Shown: positions 1-12,114, counted from the stretch's first letter. The stretch is 64,000 nt of DNA from Rhodospirillaceae bacterium (GCA_050260255.1 JBLNBW010000044.1:16741-80740); one strand, 5' to 3'. Numbers and translations are program-made. The notes: a model not told the origin generated them from the letters alone.

Positions 1-653
1 TCGTCCCAAGCGGAAGCGTCGTACAGGCTCGCGAGCTCGGGTGCAACACGCTCGAGCGCGCCGCACTCGCGCAGCACGGCGAGCATCCGAGAAGGCTCGA
101 GCTCCATCAACCCGCGCGCAAACTCCTGCCACACCCGCTCGGGCACGAGCGCGTCGACTTCGCCCGCCTCCGCCATGCTGCGCATCAGCGCCTGCGTGTC
201 GGTCGCGATTTCGAAGCCGAAACGCGCAGCAAACCGCGCCACGCGCAATATGCGAACCGGATCTTCGGCGAACGCGGGACTGACGTGGCGCAGTATGCCG
301 GCGCGCAAGTCGTCCTCCCCGCCGTACGGATCGATGAGCGTGCCGGCCTCATCGCGCGCCATGGCGTTGATCGTGAGATCGCGCCGCTCGAGGTCCTGCT
401 CCAGCGTCACGTCGGGCGCCGCATAGAACTCGAAGCCGTGATACCCCCGCGCCGTCTTGCGCTCCGTGCGTGCGAGCGCATACTCCTCGTGCGTATCCGG
501 GTGAAGGAAGACCGGGAAATCGCGGCCCACCGGCTTGTAGCCCAGGCGCCGCATCTCCTCCGGCGTCGCGCCCACGACGACGTGGTCGCGATCGCTCACC
601 GGCAAGCCGAGGAGCCCGTCACGCACCGCGCCGCCCACCACGTAAGTCTTCAT
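1..653 (-). CDS. cca: CCA-adding tRNA nucleotidyltransferase, N-terminal ~217 aa; the 3' end lies outside the window
   Basis: Absent from the ORF track because there is no stop inside the window. My own translation from ATG 653-651 gives [52 protein letters not shown]...RDLTINAMA...[16 protein letters not shown], a nucleotidyltransferase head domain. ATGA overlap with the stop of the upstream gene (650-652). Confidence 0.85.
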   Translation of the reverse strand, partial: MKTYVVGGAVRDGLLGLPVSDRDHVVVGATPEEMRRLGYKPVGRDFPVFLHPDTHEEYALARTERKTARGYHGFEFYAAPDVTLEQDLERRDLTINAMARDEAGTLIDPYGGEDDLRAGILRHVSPAFAEDPVRILRVARFAARFGFEIATDTQALMRSMAEAGEVDALVPERVWQEFARGLMELEPSRMLAVLRECGALERVAPELASLYDASAWD

Positions 654-1588
654 CGAGGTCCGCTAGAGCGTCGCGCCCGATCGCGGTACGGCTGAAACCG
701 CGTGCGCGGATACTGGGGAGCAAGCCAGTTTTGCGCGACGGACTCCAGCGCGGCGGGCTTTATGCCGAACGGAAATCGCGAGTTGCATACCGAGTCCACC
801 TTCATCGAGCGCACGTTGTCCCGGGTCATCATCTTGCCGGGCAGAGATTCGAGCACCGCTGCCTGCAGGTACGACAGGCGAGCACCCAACCCTATCACCG
901 GACGCGGATGTCCGCTCACTTCGCCTGCGTAGCGCACCAGCTCGCGCAGCGTGTATACCTTCGGCCCGCAAAGATCGTACGCGGCGCCTATCGCCTCGGG
1001 ATCTTCCAGCGCCGCGGCGTAAGCGGCGGCGACGTCTTCCACGTACACAGGCTGAAAGCGTGCATTTGCACACGCGAGTGGAACGATGGGCGCCATCGAC
1101 TGCATGCGTGCGAACACGGTGAGAAAGCGATCGCCGGGGCCGAACACGACCGAGGGCCGGAAAACGGTGTAGGCAAGGCCCGACTCCCTGACGACGATCT
1201 CCCCCTGGCCTTTGCTGCGCACATAGTCGCTAGGGCCGTTGACGTCCGCATTGAGCGCGCTCATGTGCAGCAGGCGCTGCACGCCCTGCGCCTTGCATGC
1301 GCCCACCACTTTGCGCGGCAGCTCGACGTGCACCTGCTGAAAATTGCCGTGAAGAATGCCGACGAGATTGATCACGGCATGCTGTCCGCGCAAGCACCAC
1401 GACAACGTTCGCGGATCGTGAATGTCGGCCTCGACCAGTTCGACGGTCGGCAGGACGGTGAGATGCTTCACCCGTTCGCGACGGCGCGTCGGGACACGCA
1501 AGCGATAGCCTTTTGCCGCGAGGACCTCGCAGATGTGCCGCCCAATAAAACCGCTGCCACCCAGCACGCAAACGTTTTCGATGTTCAT
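650..1588 (-). CDS. NAD(P)-binding extended SDR, NDUFA9-like/epimerase family
   Basis: ORF 650..1729 trimmed to ATG 1588, with GGAGG a few nt upstream. [19 protein letters not shown] is a Rossmann GxxGxxG motif and YVRSK is a YxxxK motif. Confidence 0.7.
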   Translation of the reverse strand: MNIENVCVLGGSGFIGRHICEVLAAKGYRLRVPTRRRERVKHLTVLPTVELVEADIHDPRTLSWCLRGQHAVINLVGILHGNFQQVHVELPRKVVGACKAQGVQRLLHMSALNADVNGPSDYVRSKGQGEIVVRESGLAYTVFRPSVVFGPGDRFLTVFARMQSMAPIVPLACANARFQPVYVEDVAAAYAAALEDPEAIGAAYDLCGPKVYTLRELVRYAGEVSGHPRPVIGLGARLSYLQAAVLESLPGKMMTRDNVRSMKVDSVCNSRFPFGIKPAALESVAQNWLAPQYPRTRFQPYRDRARRSSGPR

Positions 1589-1768
1589 GATGCCTCCACG
1601 GCTTGGAGGGAATCGTTTCACCGCCAAGCACGCTAACCTCTTCGATGCTCGTGCCGCCCCTGCTGCATTCCATGGCGATTGTACAGCCTGGGCTGCAGGC
1701 GGATTGGTGCCACGTCGCCGAAACGGCAAGCGGGTATGGGGGAGCGACTGGGAGCGCAGCGAGCGCGC

Positions 1769-3703
1769 TCAGGGCGTATCGCCGAGCGGCGTCTCCCCGT
1801 TCGCGCGGCGCGGCGCGATGACGCCCAGCCTCTGCCGCAGCGATTGCAGCTGCTGAGTGAAGGTGTGCGCGTAGTATGTGGCGTTCGACATCACCTTCTT
1901 CACGTAATCGCGCGTTTCGTTGAACGGTATGGCCTCCGCATACACCGCCCCTTCGAGCGGCGCATCGGTGCGCCAGGCGCGCGCGCGTCCGGGACCCGCG
2001 TTGTAAGCGGCCGACGCGAGCACCGACGAGCCATCGAGCGTATCGAGCACGTGCTTCAGGTAGTACGTGCCCAGGCTCAGATTCGTGTCGATGTCGGTGA
2101 CCTGCGAAACGTGCCAGTTGCGCAATCCCAGCTTGGTCGCGACCCATTTCGCGGTGGCCGGCATGAGCTGCATGAGGCCGCCCGCGCCGGCGGACGAGCG
2201 GGCGCTCGCCACGAAACGGCTTTCCTGACGGATGAGCCCATAGACCCATGCTTCGTCGAGGTCGAGCTGGGTGGTGTACGTCTTCAAGTTCTGGCGGTAG
2301 GGCGCCACGTAGCGCAAGCTGAAGTCGTGCAGGCTCTCGGTGCGGTCGGCGGTGTTGATGGCGCGATCCCACAGCTCGTTGCGGCGCGCGACTTCCGACG
2401 CCGCGAGCAGCTGCTTGTCGTCGAGATTGCGTATCGTGTAGAACCATTCGCGCGTGCCGTCGACGCGCAGGTTCATCTTGTACAGCGCCAGCGCGCGCTG
2501 TATGCCGGGCAGCCCGCTGATTGCGCGTACTTCGTCGTTGCTCGGTTTGTACGCCACCGGTGGCACGGCAATTTTCTCGCCCAGCGCTTCGAGCGCAAGC
2601 TGGCCGTAGAAGTTGTACTCGCCCGACAGCGGCTTGAACAGCGCCAGGGCCTCCTCGCTTCGGCCCAGCGCTTCGAGGGCGCGCGCTTTCCAGTAGCGCC
2701 AGCTCGACTGTCCCCGTTCCTTTGCGGTCATCGCGTCTATCGCCGCCAGCACGTCCTTCCAGCTGCGTACGAGCAGCGCCGCTCGCACTTTCCACGCGAG
2801 CTGCAGATCGCTGAGATCGCCCGCTTTCGCATACCACTCGAGCGCCGCGGGGTCGTGCCGCATGGCAGCGAAATAAGCGAGCTGACCCCACACGTAGGCG
2901 CGATCGTCCTCGCTGAAGCGCGACTCGAGGCGCGCCCAGTAGCCCGCGGCCTGCGACGGCGAGCTGCGCGCGAGTCGATACACGGCGAACATCGCGGTCT
3001 CGCGCAGCGCCCGCGTCTTGAGATCGACCGGCTTGTCGAGGTAGCCAGCGGGATTGGACGACACCAGCATCAGCGTCCGCAGCTCGGGACCTGTGCCAGG
3101 CGGCAGGAACGTACCGACGCGCCACGCCATGTTGGTCTGACCGAGCTCCAGCGACAGGCGAACGCGGCTCCACACGTCTTCTTCCGACAGCTGCCCGGCG
3201 GCAGCGAGCGCCTTGAACAACGGGGTGCAGTTGTCCGGCAGCTCGCGGCCGACGAACCACAGGGGCCGCGCTTCCTGCAGGGCTTCGGTGGGCTTGGCGC
3301 GTGATTTCGCCTGCAGCGCATAACACGTGAGCTCGAGATCCTCGCCGACGCCCGCGCCAAGCTCGGCCTGGAAAGTGTCCCAGTCCTGATCGCGGGCAAG
3401 CGCCTTCAGCCATTCGGTGCGCAGCCGCTCGGCGAGCAGCGTGTCGGCGTTGTTGGCGAGGAAGGTGCGCACTTCGCCGGGTGTTGCATCATCCAGCCGC
3501 AGGCGCAGCTGCCAGTACGCGACGTACGGCTCGAGCACATGGCCGCGCAGCCGCTTGGCATAGAGGTCGAGCTTGCGCGCATCGCCCACACGGAATGCTT
3601 CACGCGCGGCCAGGAAGTCGTCTTCCTGCGGGCCGGCGTAGGCGCCAGCGGCGGCAACGGCGAGCGCCGCGGCGGCAACGATTCGTGTCATCGGAGAGAT
3701 CAT
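1769..3703 (-). CDS. slt: soluble lytic murein transglycosylase (Slt70-like)
   Basis: ORF 1769..3766. Signal-like N-terminus MTRIVAAAALAVAAAGAYA, a long superhelical repeat region, and a C-terminal SLT catalytic block ESRFVASARSSAGAGGLMQLMPATAKW...AAYNAGPGR. The start (3703 or 3691) is uncertain. Confidence 0.85.
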   Translation of the reverse strand: MISPMTRIVAAAALAVAAAGAYAGPQEDDFLAAREAFRVGDARKLDLYAKRLRGHVLEPYVAYWQLRLRLDDATPGEVRTFLANNADTLLAERLRTEWLKALARDQDWDTFQAELGAGVGEDLELTCYALQAKSRAKPTEALQEARPLWFVGRELPDNCTPLFKALAAAGQLSEEDVWSRVRLSLELGQTNMAWRVGTFLPPGTGPELRTLMLVSSNPAGYLDKPVDLKTRALRETAMFAVYRLARSSPSQAAGYWARLESRFSEDDRAYVWGQLAYFAAMRHDPAALEWYAKAGDLSDLQLAWKVRAALLVRSWKDVLAAIDAMTAKERGQSSWRYWKARALEALGRSEEALALFKPLSGEYNFYGQLALEALGEKIAVPPVAYKPSNDEVRAISGLPGIQRALALYKMNLRVDGTREWFYTIRNLDDKQLLAASEVARRNELWDRAINTADRTESLHDFSLRYVAPYRQNLKTYTTQLDLDEAWVYGLIRQESRFVASARSSAGAGGLMQLMPATAKWVATKLGLRNWHVSQVTDIDTNLSLGTYYLKHVLDTLDGSSVLASAAYNAGPGRARAWRTDAPLEGAVYAEAIPFNETRDYVKKVMSNATYYAHTFTQQLQSLRQRLGVIAPRRANGETPLGDTP

Positions 3704-3824
3704 ACGGTCACGGGCATTGTACGGATTTTCGCGCTCAACAGAAGGCAATAGTAAGCATGAACGCACGACTGTGCCCGCCCGATTACCGTACCATGCCTCG
3801 ACCCTGGCTTTGCCGGGACGCCGA

Positions 3825-5339
3825 TCAGGCCAGGAACAGCCGATACGCCGGATTGTCGCTCTCGTTGCGGTACGGGTATCCGAGCTCCTCGAGAAAAGCG
3901 CTGAACTTGCGCTTGTCCTGCGGCGGCACCTGCATGCCGACCAGCACCCGGCCGTAATCGGCGCCGTGATTGCGGTAGTGAAAAAGACTGATGTTCCACC
4001 CGCGGCTCATGGCATTCAGGAACTTGAGCAGCGCGCCGGGCCGTTCCGGAAACTCGAAGCGATAGAGGATTTCGTTGTCTATGGGCGGGGCGTGGCCGCC
4101 GACGAGGTGCCGCACGTGCAGCTTGGCAAGCTCGTTGTCGCTCAAGTCGTGGGTCGTCAAGCCGTGGCGACGCAGATCCCGCACCAGCCGCCCGGTTTCA
4201 GCGCGATCGTGCACCTGCACGCCGACGAAGACCTGCGCCTGGCGCGGATCGGCGTAGCGGTAATTGAATTCGGTGATGTTCCGTGGCCCGAGGAGCGCGC
4301 AGAATGCCTTGAAGCTGCCCGGCGTTTCGGGAATCGTCACCGCGAGTATGGCTTCGCGCTTCTCGCCGAGCTCCGCCTGCTCGGCGACGAATCGCAGGCG
4401 GTCGAAATTCATGTTCGCGCCGCACGCGACCGCCACCAGCGTTTCGTTGCGCACGCGCGTCTGCTCGACGTAGGCCTTGGCGCCCGCGATCGCCAGCGCG
4501 CCGGCCGGCTCGAGTATCGCGCGCGTGTCCTGGAACACGTCCTTGATCGCGGCGCAGATCGCGTCGGTGTCCACGAGGATGATGTCGTCGACCAGCTCCC
4601 GGCACAGGCGGAACGTCTCTGCGCCGACTTCCTTCACGGCCACGCCGTCGGCGAAGAGGCCAACTTGATCGAGCCGCACCCGACGCCCCAGCTTGAGCGA
4701 GCGGTACATCGCGTCGGCGTCCTCCGGCTCCACGCCGATGATGCGCACCTCGGGACGCAAGCGCTTAACATACGCCGCGATGCCGCTGATCAGTCCGCCG
4801 CCGCCGATCGCAACGAAGATCGCGTGTATCGGATCGCTGTGCTGTCGCAGGATCTCCATCCCTATGGTGCCCTGCCCCGCGATGACCTCCGGATCGTCGT
4901 AGGGATGCACGAACGTGAGGCCGCCTTTTTCTTCGAGCTCCCGCGCATGGCTGTAAGCCTCGTCATACGAGTCGCCGTGCAGCACCACACGGGCGCCGCG
5001 CGCCTGAACGGCCTCGATCTTGATTTGCGGGGTGGTGACCGGCATGACGATCGTCGCTTTGCACTTGAGCCGCTGCGCGGCGAGCGCGACGCCTTGCGCG
5101 TGGTTGCCGGCGGAGGCCGCGATCACCCCGCGGCGCAGCGCCTCACGCGGCAGCTTGGCCATCTTGTTGTAGGCGCCGCGCAGCTTGAACGAGAACACTG
5201 GTTGCATGTCCTCGCGCTTGAGCAGCACGCGGTTGTGCAGACGGCCGGAGAGCACCGGCGCATCTTCCAACGGCGATTCGATGGCGACGTCGTAGACCCG
5301 CGCATTGAGGATGCGCTCGAGGTAGTCGATTTTTTTCAT
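3825..5339 (-). CDS. ilvA: biosynthetic threonine dehydratase
   Basis: ORF 3825..5393 trimmed to [21 protein letters not shown] lysine motif [12 protein letters not shown], and a C-terminal pair of ACT-like regulatory repeats. Confidence 0.9.
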   Translation of the reverse strand: MKKIDYLERILNARVYDVAIESPLEDAPVLSGRLHNRVLLKREDMQPVFSFKLRGAYNKMAKLPREALRRGVIAASAGNHAQGVALAAQRLKCKATIVMPVTTPQIKIEAVQARGARVVLHGDSYDEAYSHARELEEKGGLTFVHPYDDPEVIAGQGTIGMEILRQHSDPIHAIFVAIGGGGLISGIAAYVKRLRPEVRIIGVEPEDADAMYRSLKLGRRVRLDQVGLFADGVAVKEVGAETFRLCRELVDDIILVDTDAICAAIKDVFQDTRAILEPAGALAIAGAKAYVEQTRVRNETLVAVACGANMNFDRLRFVAEQAELGEKREAILAVTIPETPGSFKAFCALLGPRNITEFNYRYADPRQAQVFVGVQVHDRAETGRLVRDLRRHGLTTHDLSDNELAKLHVRHLVGGHAPPIDNEILYRFEFPERPGALLKFLNAMSRGWNISLFHYRNHGADYGRVLVGMQVPPQDKRKFSAFLEELGYPYRNESDNPAYRLFLA

Positions 5340-5458
5340 GGTCGGGTAATCCGGAGAGGGGCTTAGCGTATCAGGAATGGCCACGAGCGACACGCCCTGC
5401 CTTGCCGCGGAGCCTACGGCCGTTTACCGGCAAGGCCGATACGGCTACCATCGGGCGC

Positions 5459-6121
5459 ATGAACCAGGACGAACAGAAGCGCGCCGCTGCGCTCGCCGCG
5501 CTGGACCATATTCCGGATGGATGCATGCTCGGAGTGGGGACCGGATCGACGGCCAACTACTTCATCGCAGCGCTCGGGCAGATCAAGCACCGACTCGCCG
5601 GCGCGGTGGCGAGCTCGGAAGCAAGTGCGACACTCCTCAAGAAAGTGGGGATAGACGTGCTCGATCTCAATGCGGTCAGCGACGTGCCGGTGTACGTCGA
5701 CGGCGCCGACGAGATCGATCGCGACCTGTCGATGATCAAAGGCGGCGGTGGAGCGCTCACGCGCGAGAAGATCGTCGCGGCCGTCGCCCAGCGCTTCGTC
5801 TGCATCGCGGACGAGACCAAGCTGGTCGACAGGCTCGGCAAGTTTCCGCTGCCCATCGAAGTTATTCCGATGGCCCGCCGCTACGTGGCCTCGCAGATCG
5901 AACAGCTCGGCGGGCGACCGGTATGGCGCAAGGATTTCTTGACCGACAACGGGAACGTAATACTGGACGTGCACGGCCTCGCCATCGACGACCCGGCCGC
6001 GCTCGAAAGCACGCTCGACCATATCGCGGGCGTCGTCACCAACGGACTCTTTGCGCGGCGCGGCGCGGACGTGCTCGTCCTGGGCACGGTCGATGGCGTA
6101 CGGACCATCGACCGCCGCTAA
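5459..6121 (+). CDS. rpiA: ribose-5-phosphate isomerase A
   Basis: ORF 5402..6121 trimmed to [11 protein letters not shown]. Contains [19 protein letters not shown] and [11 protein letters not shown] motifs. Confidence 0.9.
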   Translation: MNQDEQKRAAALAALDHIPDGCMLGVGTGSTANYFIAALGQIKHRLAGAVASSEASATLLKKVGIDVLDLNAVSDVPVYVDGADEIDRDLSMIKGGGGALTREKIVAAVAQRFVCIADETKLVDRLGKFPLPIEVIPMARRYVASQIEQLGGRPVWRKDFLTDNGNVILDVHGLAIDDPAALESTLDHIAGVVTNGLFARRGADVLVLGTVDGVRTIDRR

Positions 6122-6205
6122 TGCGCTTGGTCAGGAGCCAGGGCTGGAACTGATGCTGGGCTGAACCGCATCATACGGTGACATCCGCGGCAAAGCGACG
6201 TCACT

Positions 6206-6652
6206 CTATAACAGGTCTGGCGCCAACACGGCCCGCACTACTGTCTCGCGGCTGTGCTCCGCGCGGACGAGCCACCAGATCGAGCCCGTGCTCATCGGCC
6301 AGCCGTCGATCTTCCCGGTGAGCGCGAGCGCGGCCACGGCGCCCAGGGTCGGCTGGTGCCCCACGACAACGACCGTCTCGTCGCCATACGGCCAGCCGAC
6401 TTTGTCCATCACCTGCTCCGGCGTTGCCGCCGTGCCGACCGCCTCTTCGGTACGGAAGTCCGCAGTGAGCGCACGGGCCGTTTCCTGCGCGCGGACGGCA
6501 GGGCTCACCATGATGCGATAGGCGTCGGGCAGCCGCGGCCGCAGCCATGCGGCCATCGTTTCGGCCTGGCGCCTACCCGTAGCGCTCAACGTGCGCTCAC
6601 TGTCCGGATAGCCGGGCGGAGCATCGGCATGCCGCCAGAGTATCAGCTGCAT
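6206..6652 (-). CDS. sixA: phosphohistidine phosphatase, SixA/histidine-phosphatase family
   Basis: MQLILWRHADA (RHG-type catalytic motif) and a later VVVVGHQP motif; 148 aa. Confidence 0.75.
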   Translation of the reverse strand: MQLILWRHADAPPGYPDSERTLSATGRRQAETMAAWLRPRLPDAYRIMVSPAVRAQETARALTADFRTEEAVGTAATPEQVMDKVGWPYGDETVVVVGHQPTLGAVAALALTGKIDGWPMSTGSIWWLVRAEHSRETVVRAVLAPDLL

Positions 6653-6658
6653 GGACGA

Positions 6659-6931
6659 TCACGGCTTGGGCGGCACGTAGCCTGCCGCGGTTTCCGCGCC
6701 CTCGCCGAAGAAGTGCTTCTCCATCTGCTGCGCGAGATAGTCGCGCGCTTTCTTGTCGGCAAGGTTCAGGCGGTGTTCGTTGACGAGCATCTTCTGGAGC
6801 TCCAGCCATTGCTTCCACGCTTCCTTGGAAACGTTGGCATAGATCTTCTTGCCCAGCTCGCCCGGATACGGCGGATAGTCCAGCCCTTCCGCCTCGCGGC
6901 CCAGTTTCACGCAATGCACGGTGCGCGCCAT
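6659..6931 (-). CDS. yggX: Fe(2+)-trafficking protein YggX
   Basis: ORF 6659..7132 trimmed to [42 protein letters not shown] (90 aa). The upstream part of the ORF is Arg/Pro-rich junk. Confidence 0.85.
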   Translation of the reverse strand: MARTVHCVKLGREAEGLDYPPYPGELGKKIYANVSKEAWKQWLELQKMLVNEHRLNLADKKARDYLAQQMEKHFFGEGAETAAGYVPPKP

Positions 6932-6993
6932 CGCTGACCTCGTCTCGAAATGTAGCCGCGTATTATCGCAAATCCGCGCTGCCCACGGCAGCG

Positions 6994-9822
6994 TCAGGCA
7001 GCCCGGGCGCGCGCCCTGTGCGCGGCGACGATGAGTGGATGATCGTCCCGGGGGCGCTCGAGGAAATAGCCCTGGGCGCAGTCGACGTCGAAGCCCTTGA
7101 GCATTTCCAGCGTGGCTTCGTCCTCCACGCATTCGGCTATGGTGGTTTTATGCAAGCCGCGTGCGACCGCGACGATGGCCTTCACGAAGAGCTGGTTGTC
7201 GTGGTCGTGCGGCAGGTTGCGGATGAAGAGGCCGTCGATCTTCACCGAGTCGGCCTGCAGGTGCTTGAGATATGCGAACGACGAGAAGCCCGTGCCGAAG
7301 TCGTCGAGGCACACGCCGCATCCCGTCTCGCGCAACGCCTCGATGAAGCGCTGCGCATCGTGAAGGTCCGACACCGCCGACGTTTCGGTGAGCTCAACCA
7401 GCAGGCGGCGCGGCACTACGTTGCAGCGCCTCAGCTCTTCGGCAATGAACTGGGGCAGCGCCGGCTCGTCGAACGAGCGCCCGGAGATGTTCACCGCGAT
7501 GGCGGGGATGTGTTCGTTGTGCGCGAGCATCTCTATCGCTTCGCGCACCACCCAGCGATCGATGTCGAGAATCTTGCCGGATTTCTCCGCCATCGGAATG
7601 AATTCCGCGGGCATGAGTATGCGGTCCGGGTTGTCCTTGTCGCGCATGCGCACCAGCGCCTCGAAATGCGCGAGCTCGCGGCCGTGCGCCGTGTAGACGC
7701 CCTGGTACTGCAGATGCATGAGCCCGCTCTCCAGCGCGTGCAGGATGCGGTCGTTCCACGAAAGGCGCGAGATCATCTGCTGCGACGTGTCGATGTCGCT
7801 GCGATAAATGCGCCAGGCGTTTTTGCCGGCTTCTTTCGCCTGATACATCGCGGTGTCGGCGCGCGCAATCAGCTCCTCGGCGCTGTCCGCATGATCCGGA
7901 AACACCGCGATGCCGAGGCTGGACGTGAGACGCAGGCTCTGGCCTTCGAACTGAAAGCGCACCAGCGATATCGAGCGCGTGATCCGCTCGGCGAGCACGC
8001 GCAGCATCTCGTTCGAGATCTCCGGCACCAGTATGGCGAATTCGTCACCGCCGAGGCGGCTGAAGATCTCGTTGCGCCGTACCTGGCCCGCCACTTCGCC
8101 GGCCACGCGGATCAACATGGCGTCGCCCGCCCGATGGCCGAAGGTGTCGTTGATGTACTTGAAGTCGTCGAGATCGAAGAACAGCAGCGCAAGCCGCGAG
8201 TCGTGGCGTTGGGCGTCGGCGATCATGCGCGCCAGCTCTTCGTTGAAGCGATGGCGGTTGTAAAGCCCGGTCAGCGCATCGCGCTCGGCGAGGTAGACCA
8301 GCTGATCGGCGGTCTGCCGCTCGCGCGTCACGTCCTCGAACAGCCACAGATGGCCTACCGGCCGGCCGTACACGTCTTCTACGGCGTGCCCCTGCTGCGT
8401 GATGAGACGGCCGTCGGCGAGCTGGATTTCGAGCGTCCCGAAAATCTCGCCCAGGCGCGGCTGGCGCAATATGTGCCGCCCCTGGTCTTCGGGCCGCGCA
8501 AGCGCGGTCGCGGAGCTCGCGAGCACTTCCTGCGGATTGCGCCCGATGAGGCGCGCGCCCGGCGGCAGCGCCCAGATGCGGGTGAACGCGGGATTGCTGT
8601 ACACGACCTTCTGATCCGGCGACACGAACAGAATGCCGATGTCCATCGCGGCCAGCAGCGCGGACAGGCGCGCATGCTCGTTCTGCGCCCGCGTAAGGTA
8701 ATCCTGCTGCACCGCCTGCGCTTCGCGCAGTTCGATCACCGTCGCCTCGAGACGCTGCTCCGCCTGCTTGCGCTGGGTGATATCGCGGATGCTGATGCGA
8801 ATGCCGAGGTATGCGCCGTGGTTGTCGTAGATCGGGCGCCAGTCGGCCGCCGCCCAGAATTCCTGACCATTCTTGCGGCGCACGCGAAACTCGTAGTCCT
8901 GGCCGCTGTTGCCGCGCAGCGCGCGACGGATCTGGCGCATCGTCCGCACGACGTCCGGTTCGCTGATGAACGGCGCGGGAAAATTGTCGGTCGCAAGGCA
9001 CTCCTCGGGCGTATAGCCGAACATATCGGTGACGCGCGGATTGATCCAGATGAGCTTGCCGTCCGGCCCTATCCACAACTCGCAGTCGTAGCTGTAGTCC
9101 GCGATCGCGGTAAACTTCGCCTCGCTTTCCGCGAGCGCCTTGATACGCCCCTCGAGCGTCGCCGCCATCGCATTGAACGCCCCGGTGAGCTGCCCGACCT
9201 CGTCTTCACCGCCCACGGGCAGGCGCACGTTGAGATCGCCCGCGGCGAGCTGCGCGCTCGCCGCCGTGAGCTGGCGCAAGTTGCGCGTGAGCCAGTACGA
9301 GACCGCGACCATCGTCACGGCGGAGAGCATGAGCACGAGAGCGCCTATGAGCAGGCTCTCGCGTATCAGGTTCGCGCGCGCACCCTTCAAAAACGCGGTG
9401 GACCAGCCGAACTTGAGCGTGCCGTATTTCTGCCCGGGCGATGCGATATCCATCTCCGTCTGGAAACGGGCGTCGAACTTGCGCATCGTCCCGTCCGGCC
9501 CACCGGTGGGTGACGGCCCGCTCGCCGCCACCAGCTTGCCCTCGCGGTCGAACAGCAGCAGATAGGAGCGCTCCTGCTCGCGTCGCACCTCGAGCAACAG
9601 CTTTTGCGCGGCCTCGTAATCGCGGTTGGTAAGGAGCGGCACGAGCGCCGCGTTGAGCAGCGGCTTCTGCTCCTCGAGGTGGACGCGAGCGCGCTCCGCG
9701 AGCGTCTCGTCCAGCGTGTTGATGCTATTGGCGAGCAGCAACACGAGCATGACGGCCTGCACGAGTACGCTCGCGAGCAACAGCCGCACACGCAGCGATA
9801 ACCCCATACGCCAGCGGGTCAT
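6994..9822 (-). CDS. membrane sensor with HAMP, two PAS domains, GGDEF and EAL (c-di-GMP turnover protein)
   Basis: 942 aa. TM segments at the N-terminus and near residue 160. Intact GGDEF ([12 protein letters not shown]), EAL (HFEALVRMR) and DDFGTG ([12 protein letters not shown]). Confidence 0.9.
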   Translation of the reverse strand: MTRWRMGLSLRVRLLLASVLVQAVMLVLLLANSINTLDETLAERARVHLEEQKPLLNAALVPLLTNRDYEAAQKLLLEVRREQERSYLLLFDREGKLVAASGPSPTGGPDGTMRKFDARFQTEMDIASPGQKYGTLKFGWSTAFLKGARANLIRESLLIGALVLMLSAVTMVAVSYWLTRNLRQLTAASAQLAAGDLNVRLPVGGEDEVGQLTGAFNAMAATLEGRIKALAESEAKFTAIADYSYDCELWIGPDGKLIWINPRVTDMFGYTPEECLATDNFPAPFISEPDVVRTMRQIRRALRGNSGQDYEFRVRRKNGQEFWAAADWRPIYDNHGAYLGIRISIRDITQRKQAEQRLEATVIELREAQAVQQDYLTRAQNEHARLSALLAAMDIGILFVSPDQKVVYSNPAFTRIWALPPGARLIGRNPQEVLASSATALARPEDQGRHILRQPRLGEIFGTLEIQLADGRLITQQGHAVEDVYGRPVGHLWLFEDVTRERQTADQLVYLAERDALTGLYNRHRFNEELARMIADAQRHDSRLALLFFDLDDFKYINDTFGHRAGDAMLIRVAGEVAGQVRRNEIFSRLGGDEFAILVPEISNEMLRVLAERITRSISLVRFQFEGQSLRLTSSLGIAVFPDHADSAEELIARADTAMYQAKEAGKNAWRIYRSDIDTSQQMISRLSWNDRILHALESGLMHLQYQGVYTAHGRELAHFEALVRMRDKDNPDRILMPAEFIPMAEKSGKILDIDRWVVREAIEMLAHNEHIPAIAVNISGRSFDEPALPQFIAEELRRCNVVPRRLLVELTETSAVSDLHDAQRFIEALRETGCGVCLDDFGTGFSSFAYLKHLQADSVKIDGLFIRNLPHDHDNQLFVKAIVAVARGLHKTTIAECVEDEATLEMLKGFDVDCAQGYFLERPRDDHPLIVAAHRARARAA

Positions 9823-9906
9823 GGTGCAACAATCGCGCGGTGTGTGCGGCGGCCTTCGCCTGCCGCGCCTGCACTGCGGGGTGAATGAGTCACGAGGCCT
9901 CGACTG

Positions 9907-11361
9907 CTAGATGCGCTTCACGAGCACGACCGAGCGGCGCTGGAAGTTGTACAGCGCGCGCTTCGGACCGGGGAGCTCTTCGAGCCCGGTTTCCACGAAG
10001 CCGCGTTCGACGAACCAGTGCTCGGCCCGCGTAGTGAGCACGAAAAGGCGCTTGAGTTTCATGCGGCGCGCGCGAACTTCGATGTCGTGCAGCAATCGCT
10101 CTCCCGCACCCTGGTTGCGGAAATCCGGCCGCACGGCAAGACACGCGAGTTCCGCCGCGCGCTCCTCGGGGAAGGGATAGAGCGCAGCGCACGCCACGAC
10201 GATGCCGTCGTGCTCGATGACGACGAAGCGGTTCACTTCGCGCTCGAGCAGCCGCCGGTTGCGCTTGACCAGGATGCCTTCGGCCTCGAGCGGCTCTATG
10301 AGCTGCAGGATGCCGCCGATGTCCGAGAGCCGCGCCGGACGCAGCGTCTCGATCGGATCGGGCGTGACGAGCGTGCCTACGCCTTTGTGCGTGAACAGCT
10401 CCAGCAGCAGACCATCGTCGATATGGCCCGAGATGAGATGCACGCGCTTCACGCCGTTCTGGCACGCACGCACCGCCTGCGGCAGATAAAACCGCACATC
10501 GCCCTCGGACAGCGTGCCGCGCGCGATTCGCGTCTGCGCCTGATGCACCGTGAGCTCGCGCAACAGCTCGCCGCGGCGCCCGGTGACGCCGACCGCGTCC
10601 ATCATGAAAATGAGCTTCTCGGCCTGTAGCGCGACCGCCGTCGAGGTCGCGACGTCTTCCAGCGACAAGTTGAACACTTCCCCGGTCGGCGAGTAACCGA
10701 CGGGAGAAACGAGCACGAGCTCGCTGTCGTTGAGCCGCCGCTGTATCGCGAGGCCATCGACCTTGCGCACTTCACCGGTGTGCATGAAATCGGTGCCTTC
10801 GAGAACGCCGAGCGGCTTCGCCGTGATGAAATTGCCGCTGGCGACGCGGATGTCCGCGCCCGCCATCGGTGAGTTCGGCAGACCCATCGATAACAGCGCT
10901 TCGATTTCGACGCGCAGACGGCCGCTCGCCTCCTTCGCCGCGACGAGTGCTGCGTCATCGGTGACGCGCAGGCCGGCGTGGAAGCGGCTGCGCTGCCCTC
11001 GCTCCTTGAGCTGCGCCTCGATTTGCGGGCGCGCGCCGTGCACGAGCACGAGCTTCACGCCCAAGGCGGCGAGCAGGTTCAAGTCATGGGTGAGATCGAA
11101 GAAGCGGCCGTCGGCCACCACTTCGCCGCCGAACGCGATGACGAACGTCTTGCCGCGGAACGCATGGATGTACGGCGCGACGGATTGAAACCAGTCGATG
11201 AACCGATCCTGCGTCGACAACCGGGCCCGACGCTGCCCGCGCGCAGGTGGCGTGCCGTCGCTGTCGATCTCGGCCGGCTTGTCGTTCGTATCGTTAATGT
11301 TCCACCTCTCGCTGTGCTGCAGGCCCTCGTCGAGTGGTGCCGATATTATGCGAGTTTGCAT
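9907..11361 (-). CDS. argA: amino-acid N-acetyltransferase (N-acetylglutamate synthase)
   Basis: FIDWFQSVAPYIHAFRGKTFVIAFGGE (amino-acid kinase fold) plus a C-terminal GNAT domain (RNQGAGERLL). The ~45-aa N-terminal extension has coding-like GC3. An alternative TTG start lies at 11220. Confidence 0.85.
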   Translation of the reverse strand: MQTRIISAPLDEGLQHSERWNINDTNDKPAEIDSDGTPPARGQRRARLSTQDRFIDWFQSVAPYIHAFRGKTFVIAFGGEVVADGRFFDLTHDLNLLAALGVKLVLVHGARPQIEAQLKERGQRSRFHAGLRVTDDAALVAAKEASGRLRVEIEALLSMGLPNSPMAGADIRVASGNFITAKPLGVLEGTDFMHTGEVRKVDGLAIQRRLNDSELVLVSPVGYSPTGEVFNLSLEDVATSTAVALQAEKLIFMMDAVGVTGRRGELLRELTVHQAQTRIARGTLSEGDVRFYLPQAVRACQNGVKRVHLISGHIDDGLLLELFTHKGVGTLVTPDPIETLRPARLSDIGGILQLIEPLEAEGILVKRNRRLLEREVNRFVVIEHDGIVVACAALYPFPEERAAELACLAVRPDFRNQGAGERLLHDIEVRARRMKLKRLFVLTTRAEHWFVERGFVETGLEELPGPKRALYNFQRRSVVLVKRI

Positions 11362-11385
11362 ACCAGGGAAAGTTAGGAAGTTCGC

Positions 11386-12114
11386 TCAGAAGTCGCCCCA
11401 CAAGGCCTGCATGGCGGCGAGCGCCGCGACGGCCGCAGTTTCGGTGCGCAGCACGCGAGGACCTAAGCGCACGCCATGAAAGCCCGCCTGCTCCGCATCG
11501 CGCTGCTCCACGGGGGCGAGTCCGCCTTCGGGACCGCACAGCAACCATACCGCGCCTGCAGGGCGCTTAAGATCGTGAAGCCGGTTTGCAGCGAGCGGAC
11601 TCAGCATCAGGCGCACGTCACGCTCGGACTCTAGGCCGCCCAGCCACGTTCTGTAGTCCATGACCGGCGCGATTGCCGGAACCTCGTTGCGCCCGCATTG
11701 CGCGCATGCGGCTACGGCGATCGACTGCCAGTGCGCGACACGCTTCGCGGCGCGCTGTTGATCGAGGTGCACGACCGAGCGCTCCGTCGCGAGTGGTTGT
11801 ATCCGCGTGACGCCGAGCTCGACCGCTTTTTGCACGGTGTAGTCCATGCGATCGCCGCTCGATATGCCTTGTGCAATGTGGATCGCGAGCGGCGATTCGC
11901 GGCTGACCGCGATGCGCTCCGCGACGTTGAGGCGCACCACGCTCCTCGCAATGGCTGTCACCGTCGCCGGATATTCTCCGCCGCGTCCATCGAAAAGCAC
12001 CAGTGCATCACCCGGTTCCACGCGCAGCACGCGCGTGAGGTAATGCGCTTGCTCGCCGTGCAGCTCGCACACGCCGTGCTCGGCGATCCTGTCCGGAAAA
12101 TATATGCGCGTCAA
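11386..12114 (-). CDS. rsmE: 16S rRNA (uracil1498-N3)-methyltransferase
   Basis: Only the C-terminal 243 codons of ORF 11386..13077 look real: (M)TRIYFPD...LTRVLRV..GD...DG.GGEY...GPEGGL..E. TTG start at 12114; alternative ATG at 12159. Confidence 0.8.
   Translation of the reverse strand: MTRIYFPDRIAEHGVCELHGEQAHYLTRVLRVEPGDALVLFDGRGGEYPATVTAIARSVVRLNVAERIAVSRESPLAIHIAQGISSGDRMDYTVQKAVELGVTRIQPLATERSVVHLDQQRAAKRVAHWQSIAVAACAQCGRNEVPAIAPVMDYRTWLGGLESERDVRLMLSPLAANRLHDLKRPAGAVWLLCGPEGGLAPVEQRDAEQAGFHGVRLGPRVLRTETAAVAALAAMQALWGDF

Noticed and set aside
1230-3413. 727-aa ORF on the same strand as slt, in another frame
   Set aside because: Arg/Ala/Gly-rich low-complexity translation typical of off-frame reading of GC-rich DNA. 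It lies fully inside the slt gene, which has clear family motifs.
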